Made by a program: the position numbers and the translations under genes
In this document: positions 19,077-30,068 of the stretch, piece after piece
Position numbering within the stretch: the first letter of the stretch is position 1
Layout of the letters: each line of letters opens with the position of its first letter
DNA from: a virus
Lineage: Duplodnaviria; Caudoviricetes
Strand: one strand, 5' to 3'
IMG/VR virus record: IMGVR_UViG_2914081374_000001
Coordinates: 1,842 to 65,841 of that record
DNA length: 64,000 nt
Notes under the pieces: generated by a model
Told to the model about the DNA's origin: nothing
The model's database searches: none
What the model saw: the letters and a program-made list of their open reading frames with translations, nothing else

Positions 19077-19694
19077 ATGTTAAAACTTCCCTTTAAAACG
19101 TCTCCCAAAGAATTTGATAAAGTTGCTGTAGGTCATGAATCTATCGGTGAATTAGAATTACCAAAGTATGGTGACTTGAGTCCCAACGAGCGCATTTTTA
19201 TTAAAGAAAATTCTGATAATATTCCCGACATTCGTAACAGCGCCGTGAAGATGGCACGGACTATTGCCACTAAATCTGGCAAGAAAATGCTGGATGTGTA
19301 CAATGCTTTGACTATGGGTGATAGTGAATTCTTGGGAGACTATTTAGAGGAATTTGTTTCATTCCAAGAATTACTAGAAGAGAATTCCAGACAGCGTAAT
19401 TTGCTAATGGCGACGGCAATTATTAAGTTTCGCCTATGCGGTGATTGGGGGCTGGAAAATACCTTTGATGCCACTCAAATCCATCCACAATTGGTGGACG
19501 CCTTAGCTACTTTTGCTCGCAATGAAGAGGCGGGGTGGAAAGATGCAGAGCCGACGACTGAAGATGATTTGGGAAACTCGACAATTCCCCAGGAGAACCA
19601 GACTGGGGAGAGATCTACTGGCGAATTAGGCGCTACTTCCCCCACGAGCAAAGGTTTCGCGCCAGTAGCTTCGGATATCAGCCAACCTGGTTAA
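19077..19694 (+). CDS. Tail assembly chaperone (gpG-like)
   Basis: Upstream of tape measure; slippery G GGA AAC at 19571-19577. Confidence 0.75.
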   Translation: MLKLPFKTSPKEFDKVAVGHESIGELELPKYGDLSPNERIFIKENSDNIPDIRNSAVKMARTIATKSGKKMLDVYNALTMGDSEFLGDYLEEFVSFQELLEENSRQRNLLMATAIIKFRLCGDWGLENTFDATQIHPQLVDALATFARNEEAGWKDAEPTTEDDLGNSTIPQENQTGERSTGELGATSPTSKGFAPVASDISQPG

Positions 19695-20203
19695 TCCTCC
19701 AGGCACTACACTATGGGGCGAAGCTACACCGCGAGGAGCTGCACCTCCAGGAACTAGGCATTGCCACCCTTACCAGCTGCTTTGTGAACGCCAATCGCGA
19801 TCCAAAGAGTGAGGCAGCCAAGCCCTCAGATTTCTTTTACTTCGCCGTTGACAGCGACGATGTCCGCATCTCCAGTACCGCTGCGAATGCGTTCTTTGCT
19901 CTAGCCGATGCAGGCAAGCTGCCGGGATGGGTGGTGGCAGCAGCACCTGTTGATCGACTTGCCAAATCCCGTGACAGCACTCCCGTTAATCCTACTGTGT
20001 GGATTGGTGAGGGGTTAGTACTGATCCAGCCAATGGCTGAGGATGGGATGGTGCAATTCCCGTTGGGATTTGTTGAGGTGAGTGGGGATGTCGCTGTAAA
20101 TGGTGGGGTTGTGAAGGTTCCAGAGGTCGGAAGTGCGTGGCTGCTGGATGGGGAGTTCAGTTTTACCCCTACGGAAAACTTTCCAGGGGGTGGAGCAGGT
20201 TGA
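19574..20203 (+). CDS. Tail assembly chaperone -1 frameshift extension (gpGT-like)
   Basis: -1 frame is open from the slippery site (KLDNSPGEPDWGEIYWRIRRYFP...) and in frame with ORF 19784..20203. Confidence 0.75.
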   Translation, partial: KLDNSPGEPDWGEIYWRIRRYFPHEQRFRASSFGYQPTWLILQALHYGAKLHREELHLQELGIATLTSCFVNANRDPKSEAAKPSDFFYFAVDSDDVRISSTAANAFFALADAGKLPGWVVAAAPVDRLAKSRDSTPVNPTVWIGEGLVLIQPMAEDGMVQFPLGFVEVSGDVAVNGGVVKVPEVGSAWLLDGEFSFTPTENFPGGGAG

Positions 20204-20245
20204 AGTCAGATGCAACGATTTACCAACGATTTCCCAACGGCTTTA

Positions 20246-20863
20246 TCAATGCCAAAACCTCTCGCATTCTACTTCGCGCCGATCAATGCGTGCCTTGAAT
20301 TCCTTGATGGTCTTCTCGGCGTTTTGGTAAGGAATCTCAATGATATTTGCTAGCGTTTGGTGGTAATTAATTGTTCTACTTAAACAGTAGTTGATCTGCT
20401 CGAATTCTTCAGCGGCAACGAAGCCTTTGGCTTCGACCGTCCTAATCGCCGTGCCTAGTCTTTGTTGCAAGCCCTGTGGAAAATTTTCCACAGGGTCATG
20501 AGTGTAGTACATTGTCATCCCGTCTGGTAAAACTTTTGCGGTGCGACAAGTTATGTCATTGCCCAACGTCAACTCTTGCTCTCTGTACTTAAGCAGTGCT
20601 TGGAATTCGTCCTCAGCGCAAACAAACTGTGGACAAATCACTGTACCTCGTTTTGTTACGATACCAACTCGAAACTCTTGCATAAACACTACCTCTCCAC
20701 CCTTAAAGCTTAACTTAGTACCCCTGAATTGAAGATTTTCCGTAGGGTGTAGGCGATCGCATAAATATCCCACAAAACTGCTCAAACCACCCAGCGAGTG
20801 GGTGGTTTTTTTGTTGGGAATTTTGACGCTAAGAGCGATCGCCACTCCCTTCACCCCAAGCAA
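20246..20863 (-). CDS. Hypothetical protein (start probably ATG 20683)
   Basis: GGAGAGG RBS before MQEF; contains a 24-bp palindrome copy. Confidence 0.55.
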   Translation of the reverse strand: MLGVKGVAIALSVKIPNKKTTHSLGGLSSFVGYLCDRLHPTENLQFRGTKLSFKGGEVVFMQEFRVGIVTKRGTVICPQFVCAEDEFQALLKYREQELTLGNDITCRTAKVLPDGMTMYYTHDPVENFPQGLQQRLGTAIRTVEAKGFVAAEEFEQINYCLSRTINYHQTLANIIEIPYQNAEKTIKEFKARIDRREVECERFWH

Positions 20864-20874
20864 GCATTATTCCC

Positions 20875-23800
20875 ATGACATCAGTAGGCTCGGTATCAAT
20901 TGAACTCAAACTAGATCGCTCCGGCTTTGACAAGGAATTTAGGGCGCTCTCTAGTGAGAAGTTCGAGCCTATACCCATCAAACTGGAACTCGATACCAAA
21001 GACTTCGAGAAGCAAATCAAGGGCTTGCAGGGCTTTTTAGAGCCATTAGTTGTTCCCATTGAATTCGATACCAAAGGTCTAGCCAAGCAATTCAAGCAAC
21101 TCAAATTTGACTGTATTCCCATCTGTGTCTGCCCGGATTTAGAATGCTTTGAACGCGAATTAAAAAATCTTGATGTAGAGGTTGAACTTAAGGTTAAATT
21201 CGATTCTCAGCAAGTAAGAAGCGCGGTTGCATCTGTCGCCGAGGAAATTAAAACGCAAATCAACACCACTGTTGAAATTAAGCAAAGTGGTGGTGGTAAC
21301 AGCGATTCAGCAGGAATTGAAAGCGCCTTCGCTAAAAGCTTAGATAACCTTTTCGAGAAACAGCAAAGTGCCAATCGTGGCGACCAGGCGAGTAAGAATT
21401 TCGTTGACTTCACTTTATCCCCCATCAAAGCAGTCAATTCTGCTTTGCAATCGGTTGTTACGGGTGCGTTCGAGAATATTGGGCGAAGCATTACAGGCTC
21501 GTTATCTAAATCGCTATCAGAAGGACTAGACAACCAGATCGGGCAAACCCTCTCTGACTTCGGCAAAGAGACGGGGAAGCTGCTGGGAGTATCGGGGAAG
21601 GAACTAGGGATTAAAGGTGGGGCAAACCAGCAAAAAAATCAACAGCAAAGCGTAGCCCCGAACGCCAATAGCGGTCTTGAGGACTTAAAGCAAAACTTTA
21701 AAACTATTAGCACAACAGCTAAAAACGTTTCGGATGTTTTGCAAACCTTTGGTGTCAACATTGGTGGTGCAGTTAATGCATTCAACAAGGCAGGCAACGC
21801 CGCGCTATCTCTAGCAGGCACTTTCTCGAAGCTGCAAGGCAGTGCGAGTGGCAGCACGGGGACAAATCCAGGAAAACCGAACGCCACAACCCAAGGCTTT
21901 CTCACTGGTGAGATTGCAGATTTAACCCCTCTGCAAGCCAAGGCACAAACCGAGCTTGCCACCAGAAAACTTAGCGCCCAACTCGCTCAACTCAAGCAGC
22001 TACCAAAGACTGAAGAGACGCGATCGCGCATCGCTGCACTTGTACGAGAGATTGCTGACATTGAGAAGAGAATGGTGATCGACATCGCCAATTCCGATCT
22101 TCCTACGGCGATTCATAGAAGCTTGGGGCAACTGAAAGCGGCTAACAGCGCTCTTATCAAACTGAAGAATGAAGCAGCGAGGCTGTCACTTGATGTCAAC
22201 AAATTAACAGCCGAGCCATCAGCAAACGTTAATGCTCCAGATATCAGTCTAGCTAAAAGAAGAAGGCGCCCCAAAGATACCGCGAAAAAAACCAACAGTG
22301 CGGACGATCTGGAATTGCGGCAAGCTGAGAGCAATTTCCGTAAGATATTTACTGAAATCGCCCGCATGTCCGGCGTTCAATTGCAACGCGGACAAATACC
22401 CGGATTGCGTTTTGGGCAAATGCCGAACGGCGTTGCGGGGCTTTACGATCCAAGGCAAAACAACCTCAATTTAAGCCAAGATCTACGCAAGCGATTAGCT
22501 ACTGGCACTTTATCTCGCGAAGACATAGATACCATTGCTCACGAGGCGAGACACGCTTTACAGCTAGCTTTTGGCAGAATCAAGCAGGCAGACTTAACCA
22601 AAGGCATCAAAGCAGGAGTGCCACTCACTGCAGCGAAAGCCAGCTCTAAAGCCTTGGACATCGAAGCTTCGGTGCAAGAATACCGTGAGGCTTTCAAGCA
22701 GAAATTTGGCAAATATCCGCCGCAAAAATTAGTAGCTACAATTCGCAAATTAGAGACAGATGCTTACACCTTCGCAGAGCAAGCATCTAAAGAGATCAGC
22801 GACAATTTAGCATCCATTCTTCAATCACAAACTAGGCGTAGAAGATCCAGAAGAAAGCCTTTATCGACACAATTGCCAAACGAAGATGACATCCCTTTGG
22901 CAAAAATCAGTGCGAATCAAATCAGGCAAGCCATTGTCAACAACTCTGGTGTAGCAAAAGCAATTAGCAATCCCCAGAATCGGCAAGCTGTAACCAACGC
23001 GCTACAACAAATCAAAGTTCCCAACTTCTCTGGGATAATCACTGGTGCTAAAAATGCCGTACAGCAAACTATTTCTAGCATCCAGTCTGGTTTAGCGACG
23101 GCAGTACAAAAAGCCCAGTCTGTTGCCAATCGACAGATTCAAATACCAACAGCTGGTATTCAGAATTTGCAAAGCCAGTTGTCAGCGTCGGTGCGAGGAT
23201 CTGTTTCTGCAACGGCACAACAAGTACAGAAGGCGTTAAATGTCGGTGCCAGGGCTTCAGTGCCAAAGCAAGCGCAATCATCGCAACGAGCCTCCTTAAA
23301 CCCCAATACTTCGCAGCAAGCAGCGGCTTACCAGTCCGGCGTACAAGGCAGCTTCTGGGAGCAACTTTTCAGGAAGCTGGAAGCACGATTTTATCGCTCG
23401 CAAATGATGCAGAGCATTCCTTCCAGTCAAAGGCGATCGCTTGTTTCAGAAGCTTCGGGATTCTTATTTTCCGGTGCGGCACTGGCAGCCCCAGGAGCTA
23501 CATTCGGAGCATTACTCGCACCACTCGCCCCAGCGATCGCACCCCTTGCCGTCACTTTTGGGATGTTACATAATGCGCTACAACCCCTCATCCAAACAAT
23601 AGTTGAAGCACTGCGGAAACTGGAGCCAGCACAGAAGCGGCTAGAGTTCACCGCAGGTAGCAAAGAAGGAGGCAAGAGAGAACTTGCATTCGCCACGGGT
23701 ATAAGCTCTGACCTGAATACGCCGCTGCTCGCTTCGTTGGAAGGCTATTCTAAGCTATCTGCTGCAGCCAAAGGAACGCGATTAGAAGGCGCAAAGACGC

Positions 23801-26800
23801 GGGAACTGTTTGAGGGGATTTCCACAGCTTCTAAAGCACTGCAGCTATCCCAGGAAGATTTAAATCTGGTGATGTTCGCCTTTACTCAAGTACTAAGTAA
23901 AGGTAAACTGACAGCTGAAGAAGTGCGGCTACAGATCGCAGAGCGATTACCTGGTGCGATCAACATTTTCGCTAAAAGTTTGGGTATTTCTGTACAAGAA
24001 TTCAATGCCCTCCTAGAAAGTGGCTCACTGCTTAGCGAAGATGTGTTGCCCAAGGTTGGCAGGGGTTTAAGGGAGCAGTTTGGGCAAGCAGCGAAAGACG
24101 CTAGCGGTAGCTTCTTAAGTGCAGTTACGAGAGTTGACAACGCTATTCTCAAATTGCAAAAAGGGCTAGCCGACGCCTTTGGTTCTTTGTTTGCGGGAGT
24201 CGCCAATACTTTTGGCGGACTCATTGAAATTGCGGCACAAAACATTGACAAGATAATTCAAATCGCCGGCGTCGCATTGATTGGAATCGGCGCTCAATTT
24301 TTTGTAGGATTGACAACCATTCTTAATGGTAGCGGTATAACAGCCAAGCTTACAGCAGCACTGATTCCCTTGTTCGCTAGAGCATTCGCTACCCTTACAC
24401 CATTCGTTGTCGGCATTCTCGCTGACTTTTTAGATGACGTTTTCGGTGCCAAGTTTTCGGTGATGGACAACATGATGAAGGGGACTTTCAACATCGTGTT
24501 GTCCGTCATCTTGGTGATTGATGGGTTAATCAAGAAGATATCCGAGTTGTTCTCTACTTTCTCTAGTGGAGCAGCCGAAACGCAGAAAACTACCTCAGGT
24601 ATTGGCAGTATTGTTACTGCTCTCAAGGGGGTGCTTGGTATTGTCCCTAGTACCGTTGTGGAGTTTACAGCTCTCACCTTAATGCTAATTCAAACCGCCA
24701 CTCTAGCCAAAATGGCTTTGGGACCGGTGATAGGGAATTTGGTAACGAGCATAAAGGCGTTGAGCATTGCCTTCGTTGATTCCGTAAAGAGTGGCAGAGT
24801 GTTTCAATCATCACTCAATACCTTGACAGCGGGACTTGCGAAGAGCCAGTTGGCAGTGTTTGCGATGACTGCGGCGGTGCTACTATTCTTTGCTAAAGCC
24901 GATTTTTCGGATGAATTGGGAAGCAAGTTTGATAAGTTAGGCGATCGCATGAGTGAAAGCCTTGATCGGGTGCGTGATTCTGCGAAAAGCGCGACTGACG
25001 CTATTAGTAAAATTCCGAGCAAAGTTCCAGATTTCAAGTCTAAGGGATTTGATTTATCTCTCGGCACTGGCGAGTATTTTGGATTAGAAAACGGATACAG
25101 GACAGACGACGCCATCAAGACAGCTCGCAACGCTACCAAAAATCCATTCAGTGCGGAAAGTATTATCCGATATGGACCACTATTGGGACCACTTTTATCG
25201 AAACTCGGTAACGACAAAAAAATTAGAACTCTCGCAGAAAATCAGTTTGACAATTCCTTATTAAAAGTCACCAATCAAGGTGAAAACATACAAAGGATAA
25301 TCGACCAATCCCAGTTGCTAACTGGTGGTTTTAGCTCTTCAAATGCGGGTAAAGCTTTTGCTCAAAGTCAGTCAATTGACGAGCAAATCAAGTCTCTTCA
25401 ACTACAAAGACTTGATATAGTTTCCGTTCCGGGTGCTAGTAAAGACCCAAGCAATATTAAAGCGATTCAAGACTTAGAAAAGCAAATCGAGGACTTACAA
25501 CAGCAACGCGAACAAGTCATTAAACCTATTGAATCCCTGCGTGACGAGATACTTAAAAATTCTAAAGACTTAGGTGAAGCGGTAAAAATTGTAGAAGAGG
25601 CAGATTTGCCGGAACCAGCAAAACAGGAACTCAAAGCTAGACTTGCAACTTCAATCGCTTTAATAGATCAAGCTAAGAAAAGATTAGAAGATCTTAAGGC
25701 AATTGATTTATCACCTCTGGGAAACAGTTTCACAAACATTCAGCGTCAAATTGAGAAAAGCACTATAGAATTCGACAAGGGAGTAGAAGAGCGAGAGGTA
25801 TTCAAGTCTAAAGCTATTAGTGCTATTTACGAACAGCAAGTCCAAGGCAAAATCACTCCTCGACAACTAGAAGTAAAGCTCAAAGCGATAGACACAAAAG
25901 ACTTGGAGGTTCAAAGAACAGATCTGACTAATTTGCTGCAGCAGCGCGAATTACAAATGCGTGACTTGTTAGCAGTACCATCACCAACCAAAGACCAAAT
26001 AGAAGTTATTGAAAAAACTCAAAAAGAGATCCGCGACAAGGAACTCAAACTCGCACAAGTCAGAATTCAAATAGCACAAAAAACTACTGAAGGTAAGCGG
26101 CTGGCTGAAGAGCAGACACTCAAAGAATTCACTGAAGCTAATGAAAAGGCGATGTTTGCTCTTCAAAAGAACGAAAATAGCCAGATAATTGGCATCAGAA
26201 GTCAGCAATTGTTGGGGGGGAAAAACTCAGAAGATGCAGATACTGAAATCGCTCGCGTACAAAGCACAACAGCTAAAAAAGAGCTTCAGCAAGCAGTATC
26301 GGAATTAGCGAAATTCAAAGAATTGAGGCAACAAGGGAAAGTAAATGCCGAGACATCTGCCAAACAGGAGCTAGATTTAACCAAGCAAGTTAGCAGTGCG
26401 GCACTAAAAGCAATTGAAGCTGAAATTGCGGCTCGTGAGGCTTTAAAGCAAAAACGCATCCGCGATATTGAAGAGATAGCTACCAAGGAAGAATTCGGCA
26501 TCAGCCAAAAACTTTCCGCAAGCACTAAACAGATCAAAGCACAGCAACTATCAGGTAAAATTGACGACAAAGAAGCCTCTCGTCAGTCCCTTGATGCGGA
26601 TATCAGTGCTACTCAATCCCGCATCGCTGCCAAACAACAGGAATACGATCGCATCAAAAAGCTACGGGCAGAAGGCACTCTCACCACTAAGCAATACGCC
26701 GAACGCGAGCGATCGCTGCTCACTGAAGTTGCTTCCCTTGAAGGACAGTTACTGGATCAACGTCTCTCCAAGCAGCAACAGTACCGAGAGAAGGTGCTGG

Positions 26801-28581
26801 AAGGAATCGAATTTGCTAATAAAAAAGCCGAAGCGGCGATCGCGCAATCTCAAGTTGAACGCAACATCGCTCTTAAGCAGCGCACCAGGGAAGGCGGTGA
26901 TTTGTTCGGAGAAGCGAACCAGCCAACCGTCGCCCGACTCAGCAATGAGATCGACCAAGATACCAACAGAGCAGAAGCTGAATTAATCAAAACCAAGATT
27001 CTTCAGGTAGAGGAAGAAAGAGACAAGCGAATTATCACAACGAAAGAGGCGACAGAGAAGATCCTCGCCCTTAACACAGAATTGGCACAGAAAAACCAGC
27101 AATTAATCGATCTTGAGATTGATGCTGAGGCGAAATTGCGAGACGAACGGATTGCCGCTGTTGAGCAAGTGCGGCATGTGCAGGAAGGTCGCTTCAAACT
27201 TGCGGTAAACTACCTAGAACAGGAAAAAGCCAACCTCGACCTTTACAATCAAAGTCTTGAGCGCACCGCCAAGCTAGAGGAGTCCCGCTACAATCTAAAG
27301 TTAGCGGTATCCGATGCGGGTATCTCTGGCTTGGATATCCGTAAGGGCAATGCAGATCGCGCACTGGAACTCAGTCGCAAACTCAAGGATGAAAACCTCG
27401 ACCCCAAGGTAGGGCAGGAAATCAAAAGCCAACTGAATTCCCTGGGCTTTGGTGATTCAGAGCTACAAATTCTCGAAAAGCGCAGCCAGATTGAGGACGA
27501 GATTGCAGCCAAGAAGCTGGAGGCGCTGAAAACCGAGCAAGCATACCAACGCCAATCACTGCTACTCGACTTGCAGCGACAGAAGATAGCTGCACAGACG
27601 GCTGTATTTGAAGCAGAATCGGGCAGATTGTCAGCTGCTAAAGCAAGACTGGAAGCAGATTCAGCACTGAGAATAGCCAGCATCAAAAAAGATCCGGTGG
27701 CGATTGAGATAGCAAACATCGAAGTGCAGCTTGCTAACCGTGAAGTCGAACTTAGCGATCGCAGGCTACAATCTGCCCAGGAAAACCTCAACATCCAGGA
27801 CGAGCTTACCAGGAATGCCATCATGGCACAGGAAGCAACCCAAAGGGCAGCAATAGATCAGCAATTAGCAGCTGATAGCGCCAGGAAACAATCAGCGGCA
27901 TTAGAGAAAGTGGAAGCAAGCGCCACCAAGATTTCTTCTGAATTAAAAGACAAGAACTCGAACGGTGGTGAGAGTGAAACGAAAAATCCCAGCGATTGGG
28001 TTAATCCCTTTATTCAAAAACCAGGCGAAGGCTTGTTTGAGTATCATAGCCGCATCGCCCAAGACAAAATCGAAGGAAGAATTATTGAAACCAAAAAAAC
28101 AACCAGTAGTATCGACACTACTGGCTACCATTATGATGAAGCTCTCAACAGGCAACAAGGCAATCCCCCAGCATCCGATTTTGAATTTGGAAAAATCAGA
28201 ACCTATGCCAGCCCAATTATCAAAGCAATGCCGGGTGAGAATATCTTTGAGGCGTACATGCGCCATCGGGATGATTTGGCGCTCACAAGCAACAGTAAGG
28301 CATACGAGCCACTGAATAGCAAGCCCAACGATTTATCAGAAGCATTAAAAGAATCACAAATTAAGCCGAGCGTTACGACAACTGGTTACAGTCAATTTGT
28401 CGATGCGCTCAAGGTTGCCAACTCTGGCATTGAGCAGCGGCTGGATGCACTCAATAATGCAATCCTGACTCTCGCAAATACCCCACGCAGCCTCAGTGTC
28501 AGCACGCCCAATCCCGTGGACGATGCTGCTTCAATCCTCAACGATATTTCACGGGCGCAGGTGTTGGGGGCAGGGTTATGA
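20875..28581 (+). CDS. Tape measure protein
   Basis: 2568 aa; N-terminal VGSVSIELKLD, TMP core QVLSKGKLTAEEVRLQIAERLPGA, long coiled coils. Confidence 0.92.
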   Translation: MTSVGSVSIELKLDRSGFDKEFRALSSEKFEPIPIKLELDTKDFEKQIKGLQGFLEPLVVPIEFDTKGLAKQFKQLKFDCIPICVCPDLECFERELKNLDVEVELKVKFDSQQVRSAVASVAEEIKTQINTTVEIKQSGGGNSDSAGIESAFAKSLDNLFEKQQSANRGDQASKNFVDFTLSPIKAVNSALQSVVTGAFENIGRSITGSLSKSLSEGLDNQIGQTLSDFGKETGKLLGVSGKELGIKGGANQQKNQQQSVAPNANSGLEDLKQNFKTISTTAKNVSDVLQTFGVNIGGAVNAFNKAGNAALSLAGTFSKLQGSASGSTGTNPGKPNATTQGFLTGEIADLTPLQAKAQTELATRKLSAQLAQLKQLPKTEETRSRIAALVREIADIEKRMVIDIANSDLPTAIHRSLGQLKAANSALIKLKNEAARLSLDVNKLTAEPSANVNAPDISLAKRRRRPKDTAKKTNSADDLELRQAESNFRKIFTEIARMSGVQLQRGQIPGLRFGQMPNGVAGLYDPRQNNLNLSQDLRKRLATGTLSREDIDTIAHEARHALQLAFGRIKQADLTKGIKAGVPLTAAKASSKALDIEASVQEYREAFKQKFGKYPPQKLVATIRKLETDAYTFAEQASKEISDNLASILQSQTRRRRSRRKPLSTQLPNEDDIPLAKISANQIRQAIVNNSGVAKAISNPQNRQAVTNALQQIKVPNFSGIITGAKNAVQQTISSIQSGLATAVQKAQSVANRQIQIPTAGIQNLQSQLSASVRGSVSATAQQVQKALNVGARASVPKQAQSSQRASLNPNTSQQAAAYQSGVQGSFWEQLFRKLEARFYRSQMMQSIPSSQRRSLVSEASGFLFSGAALAAPGATFGALLAPLAPAIAPLAVTFGMLHNALQPLIQTIVEALRKLEPAQKRLEFTAGSKEGGKRELAFATGISSDLNTPLLASLEGYSKLSAAAKGTRLEGAKTRELFEGISTASKALQLSQEDLNLVMFAFTQVLSKGKLTAEEVRLQIAERLPGAINIFAKSLGISVQEFNALLESGSLLSEDVLPKVGRGLREQFGQAAKDASGSFLSAVTRVDNAILKLQKGLADAFGSLFAGVANTFGGLIEIAAQNIDKIIQIAGVALIGIGAQFFVGLTTILNGSGITAKLTAALIPLFARAFATLTPFVVGILADFLDDVFGAKFSVMDNMMKGTFNIVLSVILVIDGLIKKISELFSTFSSGAAETQKTTSGIGSIVTALKGVLGIVPSTVVEFTALTLMLIQTATLAKMALGPVIGNLVTSIKALSIAFVDSVKSGRVFQSSLNTLTAGLAKSQLAVFAMTAAVLLFFAKADFSDELGSKFDKLGDRMSESLDRVRDSAKSATDAISKIPSKVPDFKSKGFDLSLGTGEYFGLENGYRTDDAIKTARNATKNPFSAESIIRYGPLLGPLLSKLGNDKKIRTLAENQFDNSLLKVTNQGENIQRIIDQSQLLTGGFSSSNAGKAFAQSQSIDEQIKSLQLQRLDIVSVPGASKDPSNIKAIQDLEKQIEDLQQQREQVIKPIESLRDEILKNSKDLGEAVKIVEEADLPEPAKQELKARLATSIALIDQAKKRLEDLKAIDLSPLGNSFTNIQRQIEKSTIEFDKGVEEREVFKSKAISAIYEQQVQGKITPRQLEVKLKAIDTKDLEVQRTDLTNLLQQRELQMRDLLAVPSPTKDQIEVIEKTQKEIRDKELKLAQVRIQIAQKTTEGKRLAEEQTLKEFTEANEKAMFALQKNENSQIIGIRSQQLLGGKNSEDADTEIARVQSTTAKKELQQAVSELAKFKELRQQGKVNAETSAKQELDLTKQVSSAALKAIEAEIAAREALKQKRIRDIEEIATKEEFGISQKLSASTKQIKAQQLSGKIDDKEASRQSLDADISATQSRIAAKQQEYDRIKKLRAEGTLTTKQYAERERSLLTEVASLEGQLLDQRLSKQQQYREKVLEGIEFANKKAEAAIAQSQVERNIALKQRTREGGDLFGEANQPTVARLSNEIDQDTNRAEAELIKTKILQVEEERDKRIITTKEATEKILALNTELAQKNQQLIDLEIDAEAKLRDERIAAVEQVRHVQEGRFKLAVNYLEQEKANLDLYNQSLERTAKLEESRYNLKLAVSDAGISGLDIRKGNADRALELSRKLKDENLDPKVGQEIKSQLNSLGFGDSELQILEKRSQIEDEIAAKKLEALKTEQAYQRQSLLLDLQRQKIAAQTAVFEAESGRLSAAKARLEADSALRIASIKKDPVAIEIANIEVQLANREVELSDRRLQSAQENLNIQDELTRNAIMAQEATQRAAIDQQLAADSARKQSAALEKVEASATKISSELKDKNSNGGESETKNPSDWVNPFIQKPGEGLFEYHSRIAQDKIEGRIIETKKTTSSIDTTGYHYDEALNRQQGNPPASDFEFGKIRTYASPIIKAMPGENIFEAYMRHRDDLALTSNSKAYEPLNSKPNDLSEALKESQIKPSVTTTGYSQFVDALKVANSGIEQRLDALNNAILTLANTPRSLSVSTPNPVDDAASILNDISRAQVLGAGL

Positions 28582-28713
28582 CCCTATGGAAAATTTTCCA
28601 TAGGGGGTGAGGTTGATTAAGATAAATCAAATTGTTTTTAAGTGCGATCGCTGCTGCCTCCCTCCGTATACTTTGCCAAAATTGAGCCAATTCTATTACA
28701 AAGAGGCATAACC

Positions 28714-29289
28714 ATGAATTGGCTTTTCATCATAATCATCGCAGTGTTCGTAGTAGCAATAGTGTTACTGCGTAAACACAAAGAACGCGATCGCCCGTTG
28801 ATTCAGCAAAAAATAACACACGATTTAACCGCCGCACTGCGGGATCTCTTAGTAGCCGGAAGATGGGCTGAAGCGGATCGAGAAACGCTTAGGATTATGC
28901 TCAAGGTAGCAAATCGACAACAAGAGGGTTGGTTAAACGTAGCGTCGATCCGAAACTTTCCCCAAAAAGATTTGCACGCTATCGATCAGCTTTGGACAAG
29001 AGCTTCTGATGGTCGATTTGGATTTAGTGTTCAAAAAGACATCTGGAATAACGTCGGGGGAAGTCTTAACGCCAACGACAAAATTTATGAAGCTTTTGGC
29101 GACAAAGTGGGATGGCGCGTTCACAAAAAGTGGCTACAGGTTGATGATTTGGACTTCGATATCTCATCTCCACCCGGTCATTTACCTGCTGTTGCTGTAA
29201 GATTAGGTGGCTTGTCTTGGGGTGTGGCTGGCTTCTGGTGGGAAAGAAGGGATGCATACGTGTTTCTTCTGTCTGAGAAGGTCTGGTGA
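28714..29289 (+). CDS. GUN4-domain membrane-anchored protein
   Basis: LRDLL.AG.W.EADRET, FP..DL..IDQLW...S.GRFGFSVQK.IW, FGD.VGW, GHLP. Confidence 0.88.
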   Translation: MNWLFIIIIAVFVVAIVLLRKHKERDRPLIQQKITHDLTAALRDLLVAGRWAEADRETLRIMLKVANRQQEGWLNVASIRNFPQKDLHAIDQLWTRASDGRFGFSVQKDIWNNVGGSLNANDKIYEAFGDKVGWRVHKKWLQVDDLDFDISSPPGHLPAVAVRLGGLSWGVAGFWWERRDAYVFLLSEKVW

Positions 29290-29377
29290 TTCTGTGCCTA
29301 AAGCAAACACCCCGCCGGGCGCACGGGGTGCTTATCTTTAAAATTAACCTGAGATTAACGACGAGGTATTGCGCTGT

Positions 29378-29836
29378 CTACTGCTGCCTCATTTCGGCTT
29401 TCAGCTTTTCTAGTTCTAGATCCACTTCTTCCATCTCTACCCTTGCAAACTCTTGCTCTAATCGGGATTGGCGCTCTATTTTTTCTTGTCTTTGCCTTGC
29501 TTCAACACGGTCAAGCTCTTGCTGCGCTCGTTTTTCAAAATCATACAACCCAGGACTTGGAGAGGGTTCCTCCCGACAAATACTGTTTTTTTGTGGAATT
29601 ATGTCTTTCGGCTTGCACCACACTCGAACACATTGTTTTTTGAAATCGTAGACCACATCCGTTACTTTGAATTTATGCCACTCTTCCTCATCTATCGGCA
29701 AGATAAGCGTTTCGTCGATTCGGGGAATCCATTTGCAGTCTTTGAACTCGGCAGACAGTTTCTGAGATGATCCTACGATCCAGTAGACGTAAAGTTTGAA
29801 CTCTTGAGGATTGGGTGTTAAAAAGGGCTTGTCCAT
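29378..29836 (-). CDS. Hypothetical protein with coiled-coil C-terminus
   Basis: 152 aa ORF. Confidence 0.55.
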   Translation of the reverse strand: MDKPFLTPNPQEFKLYVYWIVGSSQKLSAEFKDCKWIPRIDETLILPIDEEEWHKFKVTDVVYDFKKQCVRVWCKPKDIIPQKNSICREEPSPSPGLYDFEKRAQQELDRVEARQRQEKIERQSRLEQEFARVEMEEVDLELEKLKAEMRQQ

Positions 29837-30068
29837 CTTTGAAGCAAAGTGCGCATATCTAACCGCGACTATATTGCTTTATCACAAAGCGAGAACGCAG
29901 CAAGCGTACTGAAAATACTTGAAGATTTGGCGATCGCTTAAAGCTATATCCGTTTGTACATAAAACAAACACCTCACTTATTAGGTGGGGTGTTTGTCTT
30001 TAAAGGTTGTGACCGATAAAAATTAATCCAAGATTAAAAATGAGTATTTTACTAGTCAAATTAAAAAA

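Noticed and set aside
21207-28315. Many antisense or alternate-frame ORFs within the tape measure and other long genes
   Set aside because: Shadow ORFs with no motifs or RBS
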